In this document: positions 12,344 through 24,332 of the stretch, one piece after another
How positions within the stretch are numbered: the stretch's first letter is position 1
Layout of the letters: each line of letters begins with the position of its first letter
Source: Torpedo marmorata
Lineage: Eukaryota
Assembly (NCBI GenBank): GCA_977017645.1
Contig: OZ360219.1
Coordinates: 266,414,001-266,478,000 of the forward strand
Direction: 5' to 3'
DNA: 64,000 nt
The notes under the pieces: generated by a model
What the model saw: the letters and a program-made list of their open reading frames with translations, nothing else
Database searches by the model: none
Told to the model about the DNA's origin: nothing
Position numbers and translations under genes: made by a program

Positions 12344-13244
12344 AGCCCCTTTCACACTGGCACCTTGTCCTAATAATTGACGGCCAATTTACCGGTTAAG
12401 GGTCCAGTGTGAACGCTCCAGAATCGGCACGCAGACGTCAAATCACGCCGGGGATGGACGGCCTAGACCCCTAATCTCATCCCCGGGGTCAACTGATGCC
12501 TGCGTGCCGATTAGCCCAGTGTGAAAGGGACACTTACTATCCAGGGACAAAGTAGTGACGCGTTGATGATGTTTTTGCGTGAGTGCAGGAACGTGAAGAA
12601 AACAAAAGATTAAAAAGAAGGTATAAACTTTGCTGACTTACATAAACCTTTATAAATTTCTAAAGGACCGTGGGAAAGTCGCAGCGGGAGAGAGAGAAAG
12701 AGAGAGAGAGAGAGAAAGCGATAGCGGACCTGCCCTCCCAGAATTCCGTGCGGCAGAGAAACCCCTCCATGAGTGCTCCGTGCATACAGCCCTTTCTCTG
12801 CTGCACGGAATTCTGGGAGGGCAGATCCACCATCGCTCTTTCCCACGGTCTTTATAAATTGTGCGCTATTGCCGCTACCACTTTCCCACAGTCCTTTATA
12901 AATTTATAAAGGTTTATATAGGTCGGCACAACAACAGGGGCTGAAGGGCTCATACTGTGCTGTACATAATGCTTAACTATGTTATAATTAGGCATGATTA
13001 ATTTTGTTTAAATACAAGATCATAATACATTGCTCAGGATTTAGGGCAGGTCCACCATTGCTCGATGCGTCACTCAGATGTCACCGGTGGAGGATAAACT
13101 CCCCTATCCCCGGGGATGCCTTGTGATGAGTGTGAAAGGACGCAGTGTCCCGGTTAACATTGGCCCAGTGTGAATGGCAAAATCGGCTTCCTTAACCGGG
13201 ACACTGAACGGCCAATTTACTGGTTAGCCAATGTGAAAAGGGCT
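12344..13244. mobile_element. PIF/Harbinger-like non-autonomous DNA transposon (901 bp) with internal palindrome
   Basis: TIRs AGCCCCTTTCACACTGGC / GCCAATGTGAAAAGGGCT. 3-bp TSD ATA (12341-43, 13245-47) inside a CR1 (catagaaa)n tail. Repeated subterminal CAGTGTGAA motifs. Confidence 0.8.
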
Positions 13245-14010
13245 ATAGAAACAAAGAAAACCTACAGCACGATACAGGCCCTTCGGCCCACAAAGTTGTG
13301 CCAAAACATGTCCCTACCTTAGAAATAACTAGGCTTACCCATCACCCTCTATTTATCTAAGCTCCATGTACCTATCCAAAAGTCTCTTAAAAGACCCTAT
13401 CATATCCGCCTCCACCACTGTTGCCGACAGCCCATTCCACGCAGCCACCACTCTCTGCGTAAAAAACATACCCCTGACATTTCCTCTGTACCTACTCCCC
13501 AGCACCTTAAACCTGTGTCCTCTTGTGGCAATTATTTCAGCCCTGGCAAAAAGCCTCTGACTATCCACACGATCAATGCCTCTCATCATCTTATACACCT
13601 CTATCAGGTCACCTCTCATCCTCCGTCGCTCCAAGGAGAAAAGGCCGAGTTCACTCAACCTGTTTTCATAGGGCATGCTCCCTAATCCAGGCAACATCCT
13701 TGTAAATCTCCTCTGCACCCTTTCTATGGCTTCCACATCCTTCCGGTAGTGAGGTGACCAGAACTGAGCACAGTTCTCCAAGTGGGGTCTGACCAGGGTC
13801 CTATATAGCTGCAACATTACCTCTCGGCTCCTAAATTCAATTCCACGATTAATGAAGGCCAATACACCGTATGCCTTCTTAACCACAGAGTCAACCTGCG
13901 CAGCTGCTTTGAGCGTCCTATGGACTCGGATCCTCCACACTGCCAGGAGTCTTACCATTAATACTATATTCTGCCATCGGATTTGACCTACGAAAATGAA
14001 CATTGATGGG
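13245..14010 (-). mobile_element. CR1 LINE 3' fragment (its tail starts at ~12331 and is split by the MITE)
   Basis: ORF 13353-14171: FINRGIEFRSREVMLQLYRTLVRPHLE.CAQFWSPHYRKD...RGDLIEVYKMMRG. Confidence 0.92.
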
Positions 14011-14088
14011 GTATGCATGAGGTCTTGAGCAACACAATACTGTCGTTTGTTTTTTGATCTTGGAATTGAAGTAGCACACTCTGAAGAA

Positions 14089-14256
14089 GGCAAACAAAGA
14101 GAAGCTAGAGGGACTCGGCAGAACCGGCAGCATCCACGAAGTGAAGTGGATAGTGTGTGTGTCAGGCCCATTTCTCTTCATGAATGCTGCCTGACCTGCT
14201 GAGTCCCTCTAGCATGTCTTTGCTCAAGATTCCAGCATCTGTTGTTTTTTGTGCCT
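14089..14256. mobile_element. Fold-back Penelope terminal mini-insertion
   Basis: Inverted arms gctagagggactcggcag..gcagcat / atgctgc..ctgctgagtccctctagc. Flanking near-direct repeat CACTCTG(A/C)AGAA at 14077-88 and 14257-68. Confidence 0.7.
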
Positions 14257-14691
14257 CACTCTGCAGAAAGGTGCCATTCAGCCCATTGTGCCCAGACTGC
14301 CTCTTTGAAAGAGTATTACTTCTTCATATCCTGGTAAAACTATTTATGGAGTCAATTTAGAGGTATAGGTTTAGTTAATTGGCTAAACGATTAGATGAGT
14401 GTTGAGCAAAAATACATTTCTCCTCAGGGGGTCCAAGGCTCACTGCTTGAATGTGGAGTGGGTCTTTAAAAAGTGTCTGAATAGCCAGTGCAAGCAGTGG
14501 TGCAGACCAAGAACAGCGAGTGTGGACACAGTGGGCTAAATGGCCTCCTCTTGCACATTCTATATCTATGATTCCATGAACTTCCACCATTTATTTAGCC
14601 ATAGCTTTGCAAACCCCAGCAACTCTGCATGAAAAATAATCCTCATTTTCCATTGGGATATTTGCCAGTGATTATTAATGTAATAACCAGT

Positions 14692-15163
14692 ATAGTATTA
14701 GCAGTTTCGAAAAAGTGTATAGCTATTACTTGGAAGTCAGATGTGGATTTAAGTTTAGAACGATGGCATGCAGAGTTACGCTCATGTATACCATTAGAAA
14801 AAATTACTTATAACTTGCGAAATAAATACCATTCTTTCTTGAAAATTTGGGGCCCATATATGAGGATTATGGGTTTAACAATTTAAATTCTCTAGATATC
14901 GGATCCACTGGCGAAAATAACCTCTAAGGTAAATTAGTTTTAAGTTTGTTGTCTCCTCACTCTATTTTTCTATCTTTCCTTTTTCTTTCTCTCTTTTACT
15001 ATATTTTATTTTTAGAGTAGTGGGGATATAGGGGTTAGGGAGGGGAGGGTGGAAAGGGGGGGAGAAAATGTATATCACATGTATTTTTGAAATATATGCA
15101 AAATTATTTTGTGTATTTTGTGATTTAAAAATTTAAATAAAATATTTAAAAAAAAATAAAAAA
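14692..15163 (+). mobile_element. 5'-truncated L1 (ORF2 end, 3' UTR, poly-A); same family as 60030-61904
   Basis: ...PLEKITYNLRNKYHSFLKIWGPYM. 15-bp TSD AATGTAATAACCAGT at 14677-14691 and 15164-15178. Confidence 0.93.
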
Positions 15164-15661
15164 AATGTAATAACCAGTCATTGAGCTGTTTATGACTTTC
15201 ATTAGCTACTTCAAAATCTGTAATGATTGCAGGGTTAGAGTAATTGTATGTACCGACTCCTTTCTATAAAGTGCTGAAGTCCCCAAGTAAGATTGTTTTT
15301 ACAGTTTTTATAACTCAGCATGCTTTCCACATAATGAATAGAGAACTCACCAGGATAGACCTACTAGTTCTGTGCAATGTTTCATCATGGTATGCAATGG
15401 CTACCATAACTGGAATATTTAAAAAAACAGTGATAATATCAAACATTGATCTTTCATCAGTGATAGCAAACACATTGAAGATGCTACCACTCACCTACAA
15501 ATTATGGTGAAGTTACAGCAGCCAATTTACCTACTAACCCTTGGGAGTTGAAGAACATTCGATATTTGAATGAGTAGGTCAGGAAGACTGCTGTATTCAG
15601 CTGCAAAAGAGAAATCTTTCAATCTCTCTTTATCAGTTTATGTAATAGAAATGCATGGTTG

Positions 15662-16435
15662 CTTCACATTGCTGTAATGGCAGCGTTGCCGCTGGTGCGG
15701 ATCCGCGGAGAGCAGGGAGCGGAGACACAGTGCTCCCGCGGGGTCCAACCGCCCAGTTCGACTCCCGTCAGCTCTGTACAGGCTTTGAGTAGCCTGTTAA
15801 TGGAGCCGACGGTGGTTTTTTTAAATAATTCTGCGACCGCGAGGTCTGCGCCCAAGATGGCGGCGCCTATGATCGGCAGCAGCTACGAGGGGTGGCAATC
15901 TCCAGGGAAACAGAGGACTGGCGCAGGGAAGCAGAGGAGACGACCCACGGGACGGTTATCACGGCGGTGGACCATTGAAGGGTTGTGCGGCTGAAGAGCA
16001 CACTGGCGGCGGGCTGTTGGAAACTCGAGGTGAGAAACCTGCGCAGGTGACTGCAGTCGAGGGATTCACACCAGGCGGCGGACTGCTGGCTCGAGACTGG
16101 CTGAAGCGGTACCAGGTATTTGAACCGGGATGCAAGAGGGTGCCGAGGGCACTGAAGCTTTCCTGATCGTGTCGGAGGTTCGGATCTGGAGCTCGGGCTG
16201 CTGATGGTTTGGACTGGACTTTGTGTGGTTGTGGGGGCTGCGGCAGTGCTGCAGGCGAATCCACGGACACTCAGGGTCTCTGAGGGGACTCTCTTTTGCT
16301 TCTGTTTCTCTGACTGTAAGAGGTGCGTCAGGCAATTTCTGCCAATTACGAATCTGCCTTAGGGCAGACGAAAGCAAATTGTGTGTAATATTGCACTATT
16401 TTTATTACATGACAATAAAAGAATCTTGAATCTTG
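15662..16435 (+). mobile_element. GC-rich non-autonomous retroposon, copy 2 (more diverged)
   Basis: Collinear with the reverse complement of 29073-29925 and 56709-57570. Ends ATGACAATAAAAGAATCTTGAATCTTG. Confidence 0.85.
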
Positions 16436-16769
16436 GAAGACTAGGAGATTCTCTGTTGGGACTCCATTGTAAAAATGGGGCCAGTGCATACAATTTTGCT
16501 TCACTGATTATCTCAGTAGCATCAAGACTAATCTGATCTTGGCCTCAAATTCATTTTGCTGTCTCATCCCCGCTACTTTTGCTTTACCAATGGTCCAAAA
16601 ATCTTTCTCAGTCTTAAATGTATCCAACAACTCATCAGACATGTAAAGCTCTGCTTGTTTGAAGCTAGTGCTGTCTGTCCATTATGATTAGCACAGTCTA
16701 TGTAACCTCAACGTTTTGGCCAGCATCTTGGGACTTTGTAATCCAATGTCCAGACTCTTCTTTTATTCA

Positions 16770-16992
16770 GAAAATTCTGGAGATACTCAGCAATTCAGGT
16801 ATGATCTGTGAGGGAAGAAGCAGATAATATTTCAGGTCACTCACTTTTCATCAGATTGCTATTGAATCACAGCTACTTTCTTTCAGAATACTTGATAAAG
16901 GGGCATTTATCTGAAATGTTGACTCTTATTTCCCTCTCAACAGATGAGTCTTGACCTGTTGAGTATTTGCATTATTTTCTGATTTTATTTCT
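16770..16992. mobile_element. Old fold-back Penelope terminal fragment
   Basis: Degenerate inverted arms (atactcagcaattcagg / cttgacctgttgagtat) with TTGATAAAGGG...CTGAAATGTTGAC hammerhead-like remnant. Confidence 0.55.
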
Positions 16993-17486
16993 GTACATTC
17001 AGCTCATCTCAGACACTAGGTGCCTTCTGCTGCTGCCCTGAATTCTACCTACTCAGCTTGGTAGCCATCTCTGTGCGGCTACTAGAGGCCTATCAGCTGG
17101 CCCAACTATTTACATTTATTGTCTTCAAGAATTTAGGACTAGGATCAATGAAGTCATCTAGCCCACCACTAGCAGTTCAACACTCACTGTTTAACATTTT
17201 GATCTTCATTTTATTATTTCACCATGTACAGTAGCTGTTGACGACTTTGATTGTTCATGATGTTTCTAATATTTTTGTCACTCGCATTTAAGCTTGGTAT
17301 CTTCTTTAAGCTGATGCATTTGAAATCAATATGAATTACTGTTTGGAAAAAGAAGTCATGGAAGGTTAACAAAAATTGTTGGACCAAATCTAAAAGTAAG
17401 TTAGTTCAATGTTCAAGTTCAAATTTATTGTCAGAGTACATACATAACATCACATACAACCCTGAAATTCCTTTTCCTTTGAAGTA

Positions 17487-18823
17487 CTGTATTTGATGGC
17501 ATACAAGACCCCACTTTTTTTCCAAAAAAATTGCCTCAAAAACCACCCCGGGTCTTATACGCGAAGGTGACATTTTGGTGCCGCTATTTTGGGCACCGAG
17601 TGGAGTCCAGGAAGCGGGCCCGCAGCTTCGCGGACCACCTTCCCTGGGTAGCCTGTGCTTTCCGGAGTCGCCGCCGCTCACTTCCCCCGGTAAGAAGGCT
17701 CGCTCTCTCCCTCCTTCCCGCCCACCCGTTCGCTCTCTCCCTCCCGTTCGCTCTCTCCCTCCCGTTCGCTCTCTCCTGCCCGCCCGCTCACTCCCTCCCA
17801 TTTGCTCTCTCCTGCCCGCCCGCTCTCTCCCTCCGTTCGCTCTCCTGCCCGCCCGCTCGCTCACTCCCATTTGCTCTCCTGCCCGCTCGCTCCCATTCGC
17901 TCTCCTGCCCACCCGCTCGCTCGCTCCCGCCCGCCCGCTCGCTCCCTCCCGTTTGCTCTCTCTTGCCCACCCGCTCTCCCTCCCGTTTGCTCTCTCCTGC
18001 CCACCCGCTCTCTCCCTCCTGGTCGCTCTCCTGCCGCCCGCTCGCTCGCTCCCGCCCGCTCTCTCCCTCCCGTTCACTCTCCTGCCCGCTCACTCGCTCC
18101 TGCCCGCTCACTCTCTCCTTCCCGCCCGCCCGCTCTCTCCCTCCCACTCGCTCTCTCCTTCCCGCCCGCTCGCTCCCTCCAACTCTCTCTCTCCTTCCCG
18201 CTCGCTCCCTCCTGCTCGCTCTCTCCTTCCTGCCTGCCCTCGTTCGTCCTCGCCCGCTCTCTCCCTCCCGCCCGCTCTCACCAACAGTGCTTTGAGGGGA
18301 GCGCTGGGCCGCGATAATCAGGCTTTGTTTGACGAGCACGGACCCTCGAGCAAATTGAATGAGGCGCGGGGGCGAGTGGCAGTGAGCGAGCAGCCTGTCA
18401 AGCTCAGCTCAACAGGCCGCTTGCTCACTGCCACCTGCCCCCGCGCTTCATTCAATCTGTTCGGGGGTTCATGCGCGTCGAACAAAGGCTCAGCGTGTAG
18501 TCTGATCACCGAGGCCCAGCGCTCCCCTCAAAGCAAGCGATCGATCGTCTGCTCCCCGCAACGGTGGGCCTGGGCCCTGCCCGTTGTCCTGGCTTCTCTC
18601 TCTCCCACCTTAGCGCGCCCGCGGTTCCCGGTGCACCTGTCAATCAATTAGCGTTTGGACGGTGGGGGGGGGGGGGGAAGCAGCCTGAGCATCGGCGTGC
18701 GGCGGGCAGGAGGACATGTTGGTCCTGTTTAGGTAAATACACTAAAACAAATTTTTCCTGAAATCTCACGCTAAAAATGGGGGGTCCTATATGCCAGTGC
18801 ATCCTATATGCTGTCAAATACGG
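17487..18823. mobile_element. Tc1/mariner (Tc2/pogo-type) non-autonomous element, copy 1 (1337 bp)
   Basis: TIRs C(C/T)GTATTTGA..GCATA, TA on both flanks. Second copy inverted at 53629-54702. No transposase ORF. Confidence 0.88.
17700..18280 (+). repeat. Pyrimidine-rich low-complexity tract (CCCG/CTCG/CTCT units) inside the MITE
   Basis: Almost A-free degenerate 4-nt repeats, which generate the long spurious ORFs at 17406-18651. Confidence 0.9.
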
Positions 18824-19611
18824 TAATTGATTACAACTGGAGCTTTGTGTGGCTGCTTGATAATAAATGTTTTGCAGGGTTGGGGGAAGATAATGAAGGA
18901 GGTACAACTTCTTTGCATTGTACAAGTCTTGCTGTAATTTGCTCAACCTCCTGTCCTATGATTGCTGAATTTAATGACTCTTAACAGGTTAATAGTTTGG
19001 TAATGATCAAGCAGAGTGAGAAATCTCATCTGGTCTCACTTCATTTAATTGAAATGTTTGGAAATGAAATTCCGCCTGTCTTATGAGTGTGAGAAAAGTA
19101 ACTTGTCAGAATTAATTCGTATTTTAATGTGAACACAAATATTGAACAAATATTGTTCAACTACTGCACCAATTATTGTGTGGTTTACTTTGACTGTAGA
19201 GCAAATTTTCTGTTAACTTCCAAATAGTAATAGGACTTCCTCAGTAAAAGGTTCACAGGATAATTTCATTATTTTCAACAGACCACCAAAGCTTTCACAA
19301 AAGATTAATCCAGAAGCAAGATGGATACCATTGTGGGTTTTAATGAGTTATTAGAGTTTGCTATCATATACACAAGTACAATGTACAGCTGAACTGAAAT
19401 TCTTACTTGCTGCAGCCAAATAGGTACATGAGGAACACTAACAACAGTATACATTAAATTACCACAATGTGCCAAGACAGAAAAATAAATAATAAATATA
19501 AAGGGATAGTTAGATAAATATTCACTGTTGCAGTTAGTGCAAGAAAAAAAGTGAAGTTTCAGTAATGCAAACGCATCTTTTGGCAAAGGTATTTTGGAGT
19601 TTTATTTATGT

Positions 19612-19875
19612 TGCAGCACACAAAGTGCTGGGGGAACTCAGCGGGTCAGGCAGCATCGACAGTATTAAAAACACAAAAGCTGGAGAACTCAGCAGGTCTC
19701 CAGCTGAGTTCTCCAGCTTTTGTGTTTTTTACTACATTATTACGGTGTCTACAGATTTTCGTGTTTACTTTTTAGCATCGACAGTATGTCTCTTTCCACG
19801 GATGCTGCCTGACCTGCTGAGTTCCTCTGGCACTTTGTGTGTGCTCCAATTTTCCAGCATCTGACTTCTTGTTTA
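19612..19875. mobile_element. Nested fold-back Penelope mini-insertions
   Basis: Outer inverted arms plus an inner 108-bp insert (19666-19773) flanked by the 14-bp repeat AGCATCGACAGTAT (19652-65, 19774-87). Confidence 0.8.
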
Positions 19876-19939
19876 CCTTTATGTTGTTGTTGTTTGTCAC
19901 TGGTTCTTGAGTAAACCATGACATGTAGACTTTAGTGTA

Positions 19940-20400
19940 GTAATGTATTACCAAGGTGGCTAATTTGACCAATCTGACCTCGAAAGGTCCTTTCACACAG
20001 GAGACAGAGTAGGGCTGATGCAGTATCAGTGGTTCTTGATTTTTGAGATTCTCTTTCCTCTTTGCTTCCTCCAATGAATGAGCACCTCTTTTTATGTGGA
20101 TGTGCCAAACGGGGCAATTTAATGCTTGCTGTTTCCCGTGGTGTATGTCAATGTTGTAACACCTCAGGGATGTTCTAAGAAATCTTTGAATATCTTTTTC
20201 TGTCTACTACATGAATATTTGCCCTCAATCAGCTCTCCATAAAATAACTGCTTTGATATTCTGTCTTCAGAAATTCTTCTAACATGCCCTGCCCATCTGA
20301 TCTGCAATTCTTTCAAAAATTGTTGATGCTGGGGAAGGTTGACAAAGACAGAATCTGTATGCCTGGTTGTCTAGCCAAGTGGTGCAAAGTGTCCTATGTG
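19940..20400 (-). mobile_element. Decayed RTE-clade LINE 3' fragment
   Basis: Minus-strand translation IRWAGHVRRISEDRISKQLFYGEL and C-terminal CLLCERTFRGQIGQISH (ORF 19932-20117). Confidence 0.75.
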
Positions 20401-20769
20401 AAAAGGTCATGAGGAAATGGTTAAGCTATCTGTCCATTTCTCACAAGCATAGAAAAAGGTGGAGATAACTACAGCAAGAGCTTCAGTTTGCTCTCGAAAA
20501 AAATCTGTTACCTTGGCAACAAAGACATTTTCTGCTGCGTTGTTCGAGTGTCTAATTCTGTAGAACAAAAACCTACATTTTGAAACATTCAAAGATGAAA
20601 TCTATGTGGTCTCTTGCTGGTTGCCAGTTCTCTTGAGTTAAATAGATGCAAATAGATGATTGTTTCTTCAAGTTTTTAATGGCTGCAATACAGCAGGACC
20701 CTTTACCACCCATGGCTCTTATACTTTGAATATGTCCTCAAGCCCACAAGGGTCAGAGAGACTGACACA

Positions 20770-22720
20770 CATTACAGTGGACAAATCCCCAGGGCCTGAT
20801 AAAATTTATCTCAAGGTCATGTGAAGCAAGGGAGGAGATTACTGGGGCTCTGACAAAGAATTTTAGTATCATCTATAGCCATGGGTGAGGTACCAGAAGA
20901 CCAGAGGGTAGCTAATGTTGTTTCTATATTGAAGAGGGGCTGAGGGATAAGCTAGGAAACTACAGTCCGTGAGCCTTGCATCAAAAATAGGGAAATTATT
21001 GGAAAAAATCTTGGGGATAGGATTTATGATCACTTGGAAAGGCAGGGACTGATTAGGGAGAGTCAGCATTGTTTTATGTATGGTAAATCCTGCCTCATAG
21101 ATCATATTGAGGTTTTTGAGGAGGTTACAATGAAAACTGAAAAGACAAGGTAGTAGACGTGATACACATAGATATTATCGAAGCTTTTGACGTGATCCAC
21201 ACAGTAGGCTTTTCCAGAAAATTAGGGCAGATGGGATTCAAGTTGTTTTGGCAAAATTGGCTTGAGGACAGGATGGAAATGACCGAGGGATGATTTTTCT
21301 TAATGGAAGTCTGCAACCAGTGGTGTACCACAAGGATTGTTGCAGGGAATAAAAACACAATGCTGGAAAAACTCAGCAGTTCAAAGAGTGTACTTTATAT
21401 AGCAAAGATAAAGATACATAACCAACGTTTCGGGCCTGATCCCTTCATCAAGGATTGTTGCTGGGACCTTTTTTGTTTGTCATATATAGCTGACTTGGAT
21501 GAGAATGTGTGTGGTGTGATAAGTAAGTTTGCTGATGACACTAAGAGCTGTAGATAGTGAGGATGTGTGGCTAAGGATACAAAGGGGCTCAGATCAGTTG
21601 GATTGTACTCAGATTGGAGGCTTGTGACCAGTGGTGATGCTGGGTCCACTGTTGTTTATCATCTATATTAATAACTTGGATAACAATGTAACTAGCATGG
21701 TTAGTAAGTTTGTGGATGAAACCAAAATTGGTGGAATAGTGGTGAGTGAAGAAGGGTATTAAACATTACAGCAGAATCCGGATGAATTGGAAAAGTGGGC
21801 CAAGGAATGGCAGATGGAATTTAACTTGGACATTTTGATGTATTGCACTTTGGTAGGTTAGATCAGGACACAATTTGCATGGTGAATGGTAGGGCCCTGG
21901 AGAGCATTATAGAATCGATAGACTTTGGGGCACAGGTATATAGTTTCTTGAAGTGACGACACGTATTGGTAGATTGGTGACGTAAACATTTGACATCCTT
22001 GCTTTCAATGGTCAGGGCATTGAGTATAGGAGCAGGGACATCATGTTACAGCTGTACAAGATGTTGGTGAGACTGCACTTGGACTATTGTATGCAGTTCT
22101 AGTTACCCGGCTGTAGGAAATGTAATATAATAGTGGGAGATATAATTAGGCTGGAAAAGGTTCAGAAATGATTCACAAGAATGTTAACAGGACTGGTAGG
22201 TTTAAATTATAAGGAGAAGCTGGATAGGTTGGGACTTTTCTCTCCAGAGCATAGAAGGCTGGGTAGGGGGCCTTGTGGAGGTTTACAAAACCATGTGGGG
22301 CATTGATAAAATAAAAAGTATTTTTACCAGAGTATAGGAATCTAAAACTTGAGGACATAGATTTAACATAAGAGAGGAAAGATTTAAAACAGACCTGTAG
22401 GGTACCTTTCTCACACAGAAGGTGGTGCGTTATTGGAATGAGTTGCCAGAGAAGAAACAACTGTAACATTTTTAAAACCTATTTAGACAGGTAGAGGGAT
22501 AGGAAAGGTTTAGTGGGATAATGGGACTAGTTTGGATAGCACGGACAAGTTGGGTCAAAGAGCCAGTTTCCACGCTGTGAACATTGGACGGAGCACTGGC
22601 AGATGGAATTTAATCCAGGCGTGTGAGGTAATGAATTTTGGGTCATATAGTGTTGGTGAATGTGAACAGTAAATGGCAAGTACCCTAGCAGTATTGATGT
22701 GCAAATGGACCTTGGGGTGA
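20770..22720 (+). mobile_element. Cluster of decayed CR1 fragments
   Basis: KSPGPD-, NY.PVSL- and SKFADDTK-type motifs (RT core appears twice, ~21525 and ~21705). Many stops. Confidence 0.8.
21349..21448 (-). mobile_element. 100-bp Penelope mini-insertion (hammerhead motif plus tail) inside CR1
   Basis: 18-bp TSD CAAGGATTGTTGC(A/T)GGGA at 21331-48 and 21449-66. Reverse complement reads ccTTGATGAAGGGATCAGGCCCGAAACGTTGGT. Confidence 0.85.
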
Positions 22721-22867
22721 TTTTTGACACTTCTGAAAAAGGGCTCAGACCCGAAACATCAACTGCCTTTTACTTATTTTTGATGCTGTGTGACCTGCTG
22801 AGTTTCTCCAGTCCTGCACTGGACTGGGGATGCAAGTTTATATCTTCATGAAAATGGTGATATAGGT

Positions 22868-23730
22868 AAAAGCACACCAAAATGCTGGAGGAACTCAGCC
22901 GGTCTTTTCAGCGTCTATAGGAGACAAAGATATATTGCCGACATTTCGGGTCTGAGCCCTTCTTCAACGAATAAGCAGAATAAGCCAGAAGCAGGAAATC
23001 TCAGAATGTCTCAGAATTCAAACAATGGGGGAGGAATCCAGTCCAACAAAAGATGTTAATTGGATATGATAAGGGATGAGGTAAGAATTTATCATGTTTG
23101 TGCGAAAGGAGACGGAATAGAGAGACAGAGATAGGGAAAGGTGATGGGGAAGAGGGGGGGTGTGGTTTTAACGAAAGCCAGAGAAGTCGATATTAATGCC
23201 ATCCGGTTGGAGGGTGCCCAGTCGGAAGATGAGGTGTTGTTCCTCCAATTTACGGGTGGTCTCAGTCTGGCAGTGCATGAGACCATGGACAGACATGTCA
23301 GCAAGGGAATGGGATGGAGAATTGAAATGGGTGGCCACTGGGAGATCCACGCTATTGCGGCGGACAGAGCCGAGGTGCTCAATAAAGCGATCTCCCAGTC
23401 TGTGTCCAGTCTCTCCGATGTAGAGGAGACCACAACGGGAGCACCGGATGCAGTAGATGACTCCTGCAGATTCACAAGTGAAATGTTGCTTCACTTGGAA
23501 GGACTGTTTTGGGCCCTGAATGGTGGTGAGGGAGGAGGTGTGGGCGTAAGTGGAGCATCTCCTACGGACACAGGGGTAGGTCCCAAGGGGACGATTGGTG
23601 GGGAGGGAGGAGTGGACAAGGGAGTCACGGAGGGAGTGGTCCCTGCAGAAAGCGGAGAGGGGAGGAGCGGGGAATATGTGTCTAGTGGTGGGATCACGTA
23701 GTAGGTGGCGGAAATGGCGGAGGAGGATGT
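22868..23730 (-). mobile_element. Penelope-like element 3' part
   Basis: ORF 23168-23494 GIY-YIG (GVIYCIRCSRCGLLYIGETGHRLGDRFIEHL...LGTLQPDGIN). Hammerhead-like motif at 22937-22968. Confidence 0.92.
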
Positions 23731-23964
23731 GGTAAGAAGTAACAGTCTATTTCCAAGGGTAGGAGAGGCTAAAGCTCGAGGGAAAGGTTTAAGGTGAGTG
23801 TGGAAATATTTAAAGGACATCTGGGGATAGCTTTTCCGCACAGAGTGTGGTAGATATATTGGCAAGTTACCAGATGAGGTAGTAGAAACAGGAACAATCA
23901 CGGCATTTATTTTTCTTGTATTTGCTTAAATGTTGATAATTGTTTGAATTTTAAATTTAAATTT

Positions 23965-24230
23965 TGAGATACAGCACGGTAACAGGCCTTTCTGGCCCAC
24001 GCTGTCCTATTACAGCCATGTGACCAATTAACCTACTAACCCCCGTACGTCTTTGGAATGTGGGAGGAAACTGGAGAATCCGGAGGAACTCCTCTGACAA
24101 TACATTTGAACTTTGAACCTCACGCAGTCACGGAGAGAATGTACAAACTCCTTACAGACAGTGCCAGATTTTAACCCACGTTGCTGGCACTGTAATAGTA
24201 ATGTACTAACTGCTACGTTAACCATACCGT
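23965..24230 (-). mobile_element. tRNA-derived V-core SINE (HE1-like) with CR1-type tail
   Basis: Reverse complement shows a tRNA-like head, the core gtaaggagtttgtacattctctccgtgactgcgtg...gtttcctcccacattccaaagac and the tail gggccagaaaggcctgttaccgtgctg. Confidence 0.78.
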
Positions 24231-24332
24231 CAAATTGTTTTGTGATTATAGGTGGTTATATCTTACTTATTTTTTCATTTAATTTTCAATAATATTTCAC
24301 ATGTTTATTTTTTGAAATAATTTTGGAATGGT

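Noticed and set aside
15755-15766. B-box-like GTTCGACTCC suggesting a tRNA-SINE origin for the GC retroposon
   Set aside because: Other copies read GTCGAATGCC or GTCGACTGCC, and there is no convincing A-box or cloverleaf.
17406-18651. Long overlapping ORFs (223-358 aa) rich in P/S/L/R or G/E/R/A, and their equivalents at 53692-54696
   Set aside because: They arise from the stop-poor low-complexity tract inside a TIR-bounded MITE. They are open in several frames and differ between the two copies.
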